From Myxococcales bacterium (GTDB lineage: Bacteria > Myxococcota_A > Polyangia > Haliangiales > Haliangiaceae): a stretch of 33,504 nt of DNA. The stretch is taken from the NCBI GenBank assembly GCA_043752985.1, contig JAYUYE010000825.1:1-33504 (forward strand), read 5' to 3'. The position numbers were made by a program, and so were the translations under genes. The notes beneath the pieces are model-generated. The model saw only the letters and a program-made list of their open reading frames with translations. It searched no databases and was not told where the DNA came from. Positions 25,473-33,504 of the stretch are shown one piece after another (the first letter of the stretch is position 1; every line of letters begins with the position of its first letter).

Positions 25473-27409
25473 GGACAGGGATCGGTGATCGCGCCGGGCG
25501 CGGGCACCGTGGGTACGCCATCGCGGAGGTAGCTCTCGAGAAAGCAGCCATACTGGTGTTTCACGCCGGGGCTCTGCCGATACAGATAGTGCGAGCTGAT
25601 AATGCCGTCGCCCGCGAACTGCACGACGACACGCGTCTTGCCGGCGCGGTTGCCCTTGACCGGGTACGGCAGCACGCCCTCGAGCCCGTCGATCGCGAGC
25701 GTGTCCTGCAGCGTGGGCCACACGGGCGTTCCGGCCTGCTCGTTGCCATACGCGAGCGCGCACGCGTCGTAGATCTCGTCAGGGAAGTTCTCGTCATCCT
25801 TGCCGACCGGCTCGTAGACGTGGCGTGCCGTCATTCCGGGCAGCGGGCGGCGGCCGACGCGGGCCATGTAGACGAGCGGATCGGCGATCTCCCAGCCGAG
25901 TGCGAGCGCGTCGAGTGCCGGATGGACGAACACCAGCGTCGCGTCATCGAGGCCGAGCGCGGTGCCGAGCAACGCGCGAGCACCGGGCACGAGGGAGGTC
26001 TGCAGGATCATCAGGTTCCAGAACCCGCCAGCGCCCGTCGGAACCAGCGCGCCGAACCGCGGCTCGACGGCGCCGACCATGTTCGTGTACATCCCTCCCA
26101 TCGACTGCCCGCCGAGCGTGAGTGCGGCCGGATCGAAGCGATGAACGTTGCCGGTCGGTGCGGGGACGCCGCAGCCGGCGAGCGTGGCGTGTGGGATCCG
26201 CAGTGCGAGGAGCGCGTCGAGGAACAGGCGCTGCTCGAACACACCCTGCTGGAACGTCGACGGGAACGCGGAGAGGTTGTTGATGTTGAGGTACGCGTAG
26301 TCGCTCGCGCCCGGCTGGCGTTCGGGGTTCACCGGCATCGCCGCCGAAGCTGCCGCGATCCCGTGCAGCGCGACGATGTAGCCGGGGCCCTTGCCGGGCT
26401 CGGGCATGTCAGCGGGCGTCGACGCGTAGCCGAGATCGACGAGACCGGTCGAGAGTCCGCCCGAGCCGTGAATGAACTGGTAGAGCGGCCAGCCCGCGGT
26501 CGGCATCGCGCGCTTCGGTAGCGTGATCGTCAGCGGGACGGTCAGCGTGCGCTGCATCTTGGGGACGTCGCTGCCGTCGAGCTCGAACCGCCCTTCGCTG
26601 TCGAACGGCGGCATGCCCTTCTGGAACTGCGGGAGCGTGATCGTGCCGCGGAGCTGACAGAACCCGTCGAGGGTTGCGCCACCTTCGAGCGTCAGCGCAT
26701 CGATCGTGGCCTCGAACGCGGCGCGGATGGCCTCGGACCGCGCGCGCGTGCGAGCGACCTCGTCGCTGGTCGTGAACACCGTCGCGGCGAGCACGTCGCT
26801 CTCGGCGATCCCGGCGGTGGCGAGTGCCGGCCACAGCGGCTCGTAGACCGCTGCTGCCCGGGAGCTTCGTACCGACCGGAACGACTCCGGTGGGGAGAAC
26901 TCCGGTGCGAATGCGGTGCGAATGACGTACGCGTACTGCGTGTTCGGCCGCAGCACGATGCCGGGGCGCGGCGCGAAGGCGACCAGGTCGCTCGTCACGT
27001 AGGGATCGGGCGGTAGTGTGGTCGCGACGATCGGGAACTGCGTTCCGAGCTCGGGCGACGCCGGATCGATATCGATCAGCATCGCGGCTGGATCGCCCAC
27101 GGGGATCAAATCCGTGATCGCCCGCTCGGGAACGGGCGCGGTGAATCGGAAGTAGGCGACGGGCATCACCGGCCAGCCCTTGCGGTCACCGACGGTCGTC
27201 AGCAGGGCATTGAGGATCGGCACATTGCGCGGGTTCGGGAACCCGGTCATGTCGGGCCCACCGGAGGCAGCGATCCGGAGGTCTGACGGAAACGGAAAGT
27301 TCCAGAACGTCGCCGACTCGGCGATCGAGCCCTCGAGGTCGAAGTAGACGGTGTGCGAGGGGGCGTCGTCGCCGCACGCGGAGAGTACGAGCGTGAGGGC
27401 GAGCAACAT
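25469..27409 (-). CDS. Predicted lipoprotein with alpha/beta-hydrolase (lipase/esterase-like) C-terminal domain
   Basis: The ORF spans 25469-27496. ATG 27409 gives MLLALTLVLSAC (lipobox LSAC), and the longer form adds an Arg-rich N-region. An oxyanion-type motif FIHGSGG and a nucleophile elbow GGQSMGG (G-x-S-x-G) are present. The N-terminal half has no motif I recognise. Confidence 0.6.
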   Translation of the reverse strand: MLLALTLVLSACGDDAPSHTVYFDLEGSIAESATFWNFPFPSDLRIAASGGPDMTGFPNPRNVPILNALLTTVGDRKGWPVMPVAYFRFTAPVPERAITDLIPVGDPAAMLIDIDPASPELGTQFPIVATTLPPDPYVTSDLVAFAPRPGIVLRPNTQYAYVIRTAFAPEFSPPESFRSVRSSRAAAVYEPLWPALATAGIAESDVLAATVFTTSDEVARTRARSEAIRAAFEATIDALTLEGGATLDGFCQLRGTITLPQFQKGMPPFDSEGRFELDGSDVPKMQRTLTVPLTITLPKRAMPTAGWPLYQFIHGSGGLSTGLVDLGYASTPADMPEPGKGPGYIVALHGIAAASAAMPVNPERQPGASDYAYLNINNLSAFPSTFQQGVFEQRLFLDALLALRIPHATLAGCGVPAPTGNVHRFDPAALTLGGQSMGGMYTNMVGAVEPRFGALVPTGAGGFWNLMILQTSLVPGARALLGTALGLDDATLVFVHPALDALALGWEIADPLVYMARVGRRPLPGMTARHVYEPVGKDDENFPDEIYDACALAYGNEQAGTPVWPTLQDTLAIDGLEGVLPYPVKGNRAGKTRVVVQFAGDGIISSHYLYRQSPGVKHQYGCFLESYLRDGVPTVPAPGAITDPCP

Positions 27410-27512
27410 CCGCCCACCGGGGTTCCCTCGCCGTGCGGTAGGTTTCGTTCTGGCAGCGCGGCGGACGAAACCTCGATCGGCGCGGCTCGGTCTCATTTCG
27501 CGGCAGTCTAGC

Positions 27513-28781
27513 TCAACCGGAGATGGTGCTGCGGGGTTTCCGTCGGCGCTGAGGTGTCGTGGCGCACGTCCGGACTCGGTCGAGGACGGTCAGCGCGAGC
27601 TGGGCGTCGTCGGGGACGAACTGGACACCGGAGGCGAACATCGACCGGTCCTTCGCGCTCACCGCACCGATCACGACGAGCTGCGCAGCATGCTCGACCT
27701 CGAGGCCGCGCGCATACATGCACAGCTCGAGTGCGTTCATCACGCCGCGCAACGACGCATCGATGAACACGAGGTCGGGATGATCGCGGTTGAGCTTGTG
27801 CGCGGCATCGGTGCCCTCGCTCGCGGTCTCGACCAGGGCCGCCGAGTACGCGCGCCGCGCGAGGCTCCACAGCCAGCGCGCCCGGGCCGTATCGTCGTCG
27901 ACGACGAGCACGCGGATCGAGCGCGAGTGCGTACCGACCCGCTCGATGATCGCGTCGACCTGGGACAGCACTTCCTTCGCGGATGGCGGCCGTGTGGTCG
28001 GTTGCTTCGCGAGCAGCCACTCGACGAGGTCCGAGAGATCGACCGGAAGATCGGTGCGAATGTCGGCGAGGCGGGGCGGCGGCTCGTGCGCGTGACCGCG
28101 CAGCTCGACCTCGCGATCATCGTCGGAGAACGGCGGTGTGCCGCGCGCGAGCTCGATCGCGATACAGCCGAGGCCGTACAGATCGATCGCCTCGGCACCC
28201 GCCGGATCGGTGGCTTCGACCTCACCGCGAACCACCTCGGGTGCACGGATCTGGCCGAGCGGGCCGAACGCGGGGACCTGGGACAGCGAGAGCCGCCCGA
28301 GGACCAGCCGGCCATCCGCGTCGGCCGAGATCGTGGCGCCGGAGATCTCGCCGATCGCGATCCCGCATTCGTGCGCACGAGTGACCGCAGCGATCAGCGT
28401 GCGCAGCGTCGCCAGGTACCTTTCGGCCGACATCGGAACGTCGAGCTGCGAGCGGAGGAGCGTCTGGGAGATCCGCTCGCCGACGATGTACTCGATGCCG
28501 AGGTGCTGCCCCATGCCGAAGATCTGGACCGCGCACGGATCGCGAACGGAAGCGCAGCGTCGCGCCTCGAGGATCATCGACGGCACTCCGGGATCGCGCC
28601 AGCCGAGCTTCAGCGCGACCAGGCGGTCGAGGATCATGTCGCGTGCTTCGAACACGATGCCAGTCTCGGTCCGCACGATCTCGTGGCGGACCGAGTACGT
28701 GCCCCCGACCACGTCACCGTGAGCGACCTCGGGGGTCGAGCTGTCCCGGTACCCCGGTGAGAGCTCCATCATCGCCTCCAT
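27513..28781 (-). CDS. Ser/Thr protein-kinase-like pseudokinase fused to a C-terminal receiver (REC) domain
   Basis: The ORF runs from TTG 28835; the likely start is ATG 28781, 28772 or 28769, and a GGAGG precedes the last two. The kinase fold retains VALK, the alphaC Glu, APE (IRAPEVVRG) and DLYGLGCIAIEL. The catalytic loop reads IAIGEISGATI instead of HRDLKPxNI, and DFG is replaced by GRL. The REC domain has VLVVDDD, DLVFIDASL and LVVIGAVS. Confidence 0.75.
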   Translation of the reverse strand: MEAMMELSPGYRDSSTPEVAHGDVVGGTYSVRHEIVRTETGIVFEARDMILDRLVALKLGWRDPGVPSMILEARRCASVRDPCAVQIFGMGQHLGIEYIVGERISQTLLRSQLDVPMSAERYLATLRTLIAAVTRAHECGIAIGEISGATISADADGRLVLGRLSLSQVPAFGPLGQIRAPEVVRGEVEATDPAGAEAIDLYGLGCIAIELARGTPPFSDDDREVELRGHAHEPPPRLADIRTDLPVDLSDLVEWLLAKQPTTRPPSAKEVLSQVDAIIERVGTHSRSIRVLVVDDDTARARWLWSLARRAYSAALVETASEGTDAAHKLNRDHPDLVFIDASLRGVMNALELCMYARGLEVEHAAQLVVIGAVSAKDRSMFASGVQFVPDDAQLALTVLDRVRTCATTPQRRRKPRSTISG

Positions 28782-28797
28782 CCTCTCACGCGCCGCC

Positions 28798-29400
28798 TCA
28801 CGATTCGAGCAGGCGCCACATGTACCAGGCAGCAACGCTGCGGAACGGCTGCCACGGTGCCGCGAGCTTGAGCATCCTGTCGGCCTCGGGAAGCGAGCGA
28901 AGCTTGAAATGGATCTGCATGCCCTTGCGCACGCCTAGATCACCGACCGGGAGCACGTCGGGGCGGGCGAGCGCGAACATCAGGAACATATCAACGGACC
29001 ACGGGCCGATGCCACGCACCGGCAACAGCATCTCGGAGACCTGGGCGTCGCTCAGCTCCGGAAGCTTCGCTGGCACGACCTTGGCCTCGACGACGTGACG
29101 CGCGAGATCCTTGATCGCCGCTGCCTTGGCGCCCGAGAGACCGGCGCCGCGCAGCGTGGTGTCAGGCGTCGCGAGGATCTCCGCCGGTTTCGGGAACCTG
29201 CGCTTCGGATAGAGATCGAGCACGCGACCCCAGATCGCATCGGCCGCCTTGGTCGACAGCTGCTGCCCGACGATCGCGCGCGCGAGCGACTGCACGGCGT
29301 CCTTCGTGGGCTTCATCGTTGGATGACCGTGTTTGTCGATCAGTGGCGCGAGGTGCACATCCGCCTTCGCGAGGTGCAGCACAGCGTCTGTCCAGTCCAT
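28798..29400 (-). CDS. HhH-GPD superfamily DNA glycosylase (DNA-3-methyladenine glycosylase II / AlkA-Mag-like)
   Basis: ATG 29400 is preceded by GAGGTG and lies 10 nt after the upstream stop. Motifs: IVGQQLSTKAADAIWGR, LRGAGLSGAKAAAIKDLA, the HhH motif LLPVRGIGPWSVDMFLMF, and the catalytic Asp context VLPVGDLGVRKG. Confidence 0.85.
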   Translation of the reverse strand: MDWTDAVLHLAKADVHLAPLIDKHGHPTMKPTKDAVQSLARAIVGQQLSTKAADAIWGRVLDLYPKRRFPKPAEILATPDTTLRGAGLSGAKAAAIKDLARHVVEAKVVPAKLPELSDAQVSEMLLPVRGIGPWSVDMFLMFALARPDVLPVGDLGVRKGMQIHFKLRSLPEADRMLKLAAPWQPFRSVAAWYMWRLLES

Positions 29401-29410
29401 CACCTCGACC

Positions 29411-30589
29411 CTAGCACCGCTCGATGATCGCGGCGCTGCCGAGGCCTGCCGCACCGCTGACGGCGATCGCCGCGTAGCGCGCACCGCGGCGCTCGAGCTC
29501 GTCGAGCGCATCGACCACGAGGACCGCGCCGGTCGCGCCGTACGCATGACCGAGTGCGATCGTTCCACCGTTCGGATTGAGGCGGTCGTGGTCGAGATCG
29601 AGGTCGCGCATGAGGCGGACGCACAGTGCAGCGAACGCCTCCGCGAACTCGATGATCGCAAGGTCGGCGGCGCGCAGCCCGGCCTTCGCGAGCGCGCGCT
29701 CGAGGGCGGTCTGCCCGGCGGTCAGCATCGTCACCGGATCTCCGGCGCAGGTCGCGGTCGCGAGGATCCGCGCGCGGGGCGCGAGGCCCGTGCGGTCGGC
29801 CGCCGCTCGATCACCGAGGACAACGAGCGCGGCAGCATCGGCGAGGCTCGGCGACGAGCCGCGGGTGTGGATGTGGCGGATCGCTGCGAGCTGCGGGTGG
29901 CGGGTGAGCGCGATCGAGTCCTGGCCGAGCTCGCCGAACAGCGGCGGCAGCACTGCGAGCTCGTTTGGGCTCGGCGCGTAGGCAACGTTCTCGTCGTGAT
30001 CGAGCACGATGCGATCACCGGCACGGTACGGGATGATCGAGCGCCGGCGCTGCTCGGCATGTGCGCGCCGCGCCTTGTCGCGAGTCGCAGCCGCGTAGCG
30101 ATCACACGCATCGCGATCGATGTGCTCGAGCGTGGCGACGAGATCGGCGGCGACGCCCATGTGGATGGTGCCGGCCGCGGCCATGACGTCAGGATCCGCA
30201 TACAGTGGGCCGTGATCGGAGAACGTCGGCACCCGCGATACGCTCTCCACGCCGCCCGCGATGATCAACGTTGCGTCCCCGGCGCGTACGCGCGCAGCGC
30301 CGAGATTGATCGCATCGAGGCCCGACGCGCAGAACCGATTGATCGTGACGCCCGGAATCGCGACATCCCAGCCCGCGAGCAGCGTCGCCGACCGCGCGAG
30401 GTTCGCACCTTGATCGCCGGTCTGTGTCGCACAGCCGAGGATCACGTCGTCGGGGAGTGCGCCCGCGAGTCGAGAACCGAGCACATCGAGCAAGCTGCCG
30501 ACGAGACGCACCGGCGGAACGGCGTGGAGCGCGCCCTTCGGTGAGCCTTTGCCGCGTGGCGTCCGGATACCCGCGAGGACGAACGTCAC
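29411..30589 (-). CDS. Thiolase (acetyl-CoA C-acyltransferase family) with atypical catalytic motifs
   Basis: GTG 30589-30587 overlaps the upstream TGA (GTGA); ATG 30604 is an alternative start. The N-terminus is VLAGIRTPRGKG. The nucleophile motif NRFCASGLDAI and the His motif NPNGGTIALGHAYGATG are present. NEAF is replaced by AEAF, and CIGGG is replaced by VSGAAG. Confidence 0.85.
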   Translation of the reverse strand: MTFVLAGIRTPRGKGSPKGALHAVPPVRLVGSLLDVLGSRLAGALPDDVILGCATQTGDQGANLARSATLLAGWDVAIPGVTINRFCASGLDAINLGAARVRAGDATLIIAGGVESVSRVPTFSDHGPLYADPDVMAAAGTIHMGVAADLVATLEHIDRDACDRYAAATRDKARRAHAEQRRRSIIPYRAGDRIVLDHDENVAYAPSPNELAVLPPLFGELGQDSIALTRHPQLAAIRHIHTRGSSPSLADAAALVVLGDRAAADRTGLAPRARILATATCAGDPVTMLTAGQTALERALAKAGLRAADLAIIEFAEAFAALCVRLMRDLDLDHDRLNPNGGTIALGHAYGATGAVLVVDALDELERRGARYAAIAVSGAAGLGSAAIIERC

Positions 30590-32037
30590 GCAGGCATCCA
30601 GCACGCGTGCGTGCCGCTCGCGATCCGCTCGGGCAGCGCGATCCGTGCGATCGGCCCGGCCGCGATGTCACGCGCATCGAACACGTGGCACTCGGAGACA
30701 TCGCGGCGAACGTCCGACACGAACGTGATCGCGTAGCCGTCGTCCTCGGCCCGCGCGCCGATCCGCGGTGCCATCGCGGTCTCGCTCGCGAACACGTCGG
30801 TCGGCCACTCGAACCGCTGGACGGTGCCGGTCTCCAGATCGAGGCGCCGCAGCCCAGTGAACAGGAACCAGCCCGGCTTCGCGGTCATCGTCCAGGCGTA
30901 GCGATGACGGCGACCACCGACGCGCCCGTTGATCGACGGGAACTCGCTGATCTCGTCGAACAGCCGCTCCTCGCGAACCTTGCCGGTCGCGAGGTCGAGC
31001 CGCCAGCGATGCGGGCGCGCTCCCATCGAAGCGACATCGACCAGCTTCTTGAGCCCGGCCCAGGGACCGTCCGCGGGGTCAGGGGCCGGCATCGGATCGG
31101 TCTGGAAGTAGCCGTCGACGACGATGATGTCGCCGTCTTCATAGGCGTTGATGAAGTGGAGCACGTAGGTGGGCGCGGCCTCGAACCAGCGCGGCGCACC
31201 ACCCTTGCGCGGCACCACGCCGAACCGCGTGGGTAGCTGGGGATACCAGCGCGGTCGATGGACGCCCTTCTCGAGCAGGTCGGGATCCCAGAACAGCGGG
31301 AAGTCGCCGATGATCGCGAAGTTCTCGGTGAACGCGATGTCGTGCGGTAACCGCGAACCAGGCAGCGCGACCGGCTGCTCGCGCACGAGCGCACCGCTTC
31401 GATCGAGGACGCCGAACGAGAAGTAAGGCGCCTTCGTGCCATACCCGAACACGAGCAGCTCGCCGGTGGTCTCGTCGAGCTTGGGATGTGCGGACACCCC
31501 GAACCCACCGAACCCGGCGGACCATGGGAGCGGGCCCGCGCCCTCGAGAGTCACCGGGTCGTGCGCGTAGAGCTCGCCGCACTGATAGAAGCTGGTCAGT
31601 GCGCGACCCGCGTGCACGGTGACGTCGGTCGATGATGCGTCCTTCATCCGGCCGCGAGCGCCCCAGCCGTCACGCACGGACTTCGCGGGCGCCTCGATGA
31701 TGCCGGCCCACAGCGGTGCGCCGGCCGCGAGCTCGTCGGCGAGGCCGCGAGTCTGGATCATGCGGTTGCGATACGACGCACGGCCGCCAGCAAACCGGAT
31801 CGCGTGCAACATGCCGTCGCCGTCGAACGGGTGATAGCGCCCGATCGCGGGGAGCAGCGGATTCTCGGTGTTGCGCAGGTAGCTGCCCGCGAGGTCGTCG
31901 GGGATCCGGCCCTCGATCACGTCGAGGTCGTCGGCGTCCCACTCCGTGAGCTGCGGCCGCCACGCGCCGGTGCGGTACGGATGATCGTCGTCGGCGGGCA
32001 GCTGATTCGCGTAGCTCTTGACGGTGCGGACGACCAT
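30586..32037 (-). CDS. Carotenoid/stilbene cleavage oxygenase family (RPE65/CCD-type non-heme iron dioxygenase)
   Basis: ATG 32037 gives MVVRTVKSYANQLP. Motifs YLRNTENP and HPFDGDGMLHA are present. All four iron-His contexts are present: SAHPKLD, LPHDIAFTENF, VLHFINAYE and GTHACW. Confidence 0.85.
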   Translation of the reverse strand: MVVRTVKSYANQLPADDDHPYRTGAWRPQLTEWDADDLDVIEGRIPDDLAGSYLRNTENPLLPAIGRYHPFDGDGMLHAIRFAGGRASYRNRMIQTRGLADELAAGAPLWAGIIEAPAKSVRDGWGARGRMKDASSTDVTVHAGRALTSFYQCGELYAHDPVTLEGAGPLPWSAGFGGFGVSAHPKLDETTGELLVFGYGTKAPYFSFGVLDRSGALVREQPVALPGSRLPHDIAFTENFAIIGDFPLFWDPDLLEKGVHRPRWYPQLPTRFGVVPRKGGAPRWFEAAPTYVLHFINAYEDGDIIVVDGYFQTDPMPAPDPADGPWAGLKKLVDVASMGARPHRWRLDLATGKVREERLFDEISEFPSINGRVGGRRHRYAWTMTAKPGWFLFTGLRRLDLETGTVQRFEWPTDVFASETAMAPRIGARAEDDGYAITFVSDVRRDVSECHVFDARDIAAGPIARIALPERIASGTHACWMPA

Positions 32038-32051
32038 GACGGAACGCTCGC

Positions 32052-33257
32052 TCACGCCGCCGCGACAATCAAGCAGGCCGCGGTCGTACCGCTGCCGCCG
32101 ATGTTGAGCATGCCAAACGTCGAAGCGCCGCCGACCTGCGTCGCGCCGGCCCGGTTCGTGACCTGCTGCGCACAGTCGACGAGCATCCGCACGCCGGTCG
32201 CGCCGACGGGATGACCTCCGCCGATCAGACCGCCGCTCGGATTGATCGGCAACGCTCCCGTGCGCTCGTGCGTTCCGGCCTCGATTGCCTGCCACGCCTG
32301 GCCCGGCGCCGTCAGGCCGAGGTGATCGATCGCGACGTACTCCGTGATCGTGAAGCAGTCGTGGACCTCGATGCCCGAGAACGCGCGTGCATCCGGCAGC
32401 TCCGCGCGGCGAAGCGCGTCGACGACGCTCTGCTTGAGATGAGGCAAGAGGTGCGTCGCGTTGTCGGTGTGGCGGGCGAGCTTCGCTTCGAGGCCAAGGC
32501 CGGCGGTGCGGTGTCCCCATCCCGTGATTCGCGCCTTCGGTCCATGGTGCGCGGCGGCGCCCTTCGCGGACGCCAGGATCACGGCGGCCGCACCGTCGGT
32601 GACCTGCGCGCAATCGAACCGGCGTAGCCGGCCCTCGACGATCGGGTTGCCGTCGTCGGGGGCGAAGCTCGTATCGCTCCACGTCCAGTCGCGGGTCTGC
32701 GCGTTCGGGTTCGTCCGCGCATTGCCGAAATTCTTCTTCGCGATCGCCGCGAGGTGCGCTCCATCGAGGCCCCAGCGTTCGGCGTAGGCATCACCGATCC
32801 GCGAGAACATGTGCGGCCACAGGTAGCGCGCGGTCTCGCCCTCGTGACCGACCCACGCGGCGGCCCCCATGTGACGCGCCGCGAGCTCGCCGGGCACATT
32901 GCGCTCCTGCTCGACCCCGATCACGAGCACGGTGTCGTAGCGGCCGGCCTCGATGTCGGCCATCGCCGCGAGGATTGCCATGCTGCCCGATGCGCACGCA
33001 GCCTCGTGTCGGCTCGCGGGTACGCCCCACAGATCGGAGCGCACGGTCGCCGGCATCGCGCCGAGGTGCGCCTGCCCGGTGAACAGCTCGCCGAAGGCGT
33101 TGCCGACGTGGATCGCCTCGATCGCGGACGCCGGGAGCCCTGCGGCGGCGAGCGCACCGTCGATCACCTCGCCGATCGCGGCGCCGATCTCGAGTCCTTC
33201 GCGGCCCAGATTGCGCGCGAAGTCGGTCTGGACACCACCGAGGACGAACACGCTCAT
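32052..33257 (-). CDS. SCP2/SCP-x-type thiolase-like protein (lipid-transfer-protein-type thiolase)
   Basis: ATG 33257 overlaps the upstream TGA (ATGA, 33254-33257). The N-terminus is MSVFVLGGVQTDFARN. Present are the nucleophile motif HEAACASGSMAI, the SCP2-thiolase HDCF motif (EVHDCFTITE) and NPSGGLIGGGHPVGATG. Confidence 0.8.
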   Translation of the reverse strand: MSVFVLGGVQTDFARNLGREGLEIGAAIGEVIDGALAAAGLPASAIEAIHVGNAFGELFTGQAHLGAMPATVRSDLWGVPASRHEAACASGSMAILAAMADIEAGRYDTVLVIGVEQERNVPGELAARHMGAAAWVGHEGETARYLWPHMFSRIGDAYAERWGLDGAHLAAIAKKNFGNARTNPNAQTRDWTWSDTSFAPDDGNPIVEGRLRRFDCAQVTDGAAAVILASAKGAAAHHGPKARITGWGHRTAGLGLEAKLARHTDNATHLLPHLKQSVVDALRRAELPDARAFSGIEVHDCFTITEYVAIDHLGLTAPGQAWQAIEAGTHERTGALPINPSGGLIGGGHPVGATGVRMLVDCAQQVTNRAGATQVGGASTFGMLNIGGSGTTAACLIVAAA

Positions 33258-33504
33258 GGCAGTGACATTAGCACTGCGCCCGCGGCGACGAACAACGCTC
33301 CGACGAGCTCGGCGTGACGCGGCCGTTCGCCGATCGTGAGCGCGAGCAGCGCGGCGAACAGCACGCTCGTGTTGCGCAGCGTCAGCACGTAGCCCGAGCC
33401 GCCGATCGCGAGCGCCTCCATCAGGATCAGGAACGAGCCGCCGCAGATGATGCCCATCAGCGCGACGCGGCTGATCCGGGTGCGCACGACGGTTGCGAGG
33501 ATCC
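33254..33504 (-). CDS. EamA/DMT-superfamily transporter, C-terminal fragment (5' end outside the window)
   Basis: The frame is open to the window edge. The fragment is hydrophobic, with two to three TM helices: ALMGIICGGSFLILMEALAIGGSGYVLTLRNTSVLFAALLALTIGERP..ELVGALFVAAGAVLMSL. This is typical of the second EamA repeat. Confidence 0.5.
   Translation of the reverse strand, partial: ILATVVRTRISRVALMGIICGGSFLILMEALAIGGSGYVLTLRNTSVLFAALLALTIGERPRHAELVGALFVAAGAVLMSLP

Noticed and set aside
27351-30544. Plus-strand ORFs 27351-28760 (469 aa) and 29333-30544 (403 aa)
   Set aside because: They lie antisense to the pseudokinase-REC and thiolase genes. Their composition is Arg/Asp/Ala-rich without motifs.
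1-33504. Mobile element, prophage or genomic-island boundaries
   Set aside because: I recognised no integrase, transposase, tRNA gene, terminal inverted repeats or direct-repeat flanks, and composition looks uniformly GC-rich by eye.

Overview
This is a very GC-rich bacterial chromosomal segment; codon position 3 is almost always G/C. It is almost certainly from a myxobacterium (Myxococcota), because two proteins end in MYXO-CTERM-type sorting tails and two carry myxobacterial Cys/Asp repeat arrays. The window is almost entirely coding. Thirteen co-directional plus-strand genes (1-23891) converge on eight co-directional minus-strand genes (23898-33504), with 6 nt between the two stop codons. 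I found no rRNA, tRNA, CRISPR array, transposase or integrase. All calls come from motif recognition in the ORF track; no similarity search was possible.

Three regions look most like undescribed systems:
- (1) 460-6920: a translationally coupled pair of giant Cys-rich surface proteins. The first has a vWA/MIDAS head, seven DDDCDG repeats, a Cys-knot stalk and a MYXO-CTERM tail. The second is a lipoprotein with seven of the same repeats and a lectin-like FGE/SUMF1 domain that carries nested domain insertions.
- (2) 7518-16589: a five-gene operon with overlapping junctions. It encodes a Cache-like/HAMP/PP2C sensor phosphatase, two tandem paralogous TonB-dependent receptors, a large periplasmic TPR protein and an orphan solute-binding-like protein. 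The start codons of genes 3 and 4 are overprinted inside the conserved C-terminal strand of the preceding receptor.
- (3) 23898-28781: a Ser/Thr pseudokinase fused to a receiver domain, an alpha/beta-hydrolase lipoprotein and a soluble double-PAS histidine kinase.

The window also contains a four-domain FKBP lipoprotein, a MYXO-CTERM thermolysin-like protease, and a carotenoid-cleavage-type dioxygenase flanked by two thiolases. The remaining genes are housekeeping: PepQ, a DTW-domain protein, an AlkA-like glycosylase and a partial acyl-CoA dehydrogenase.
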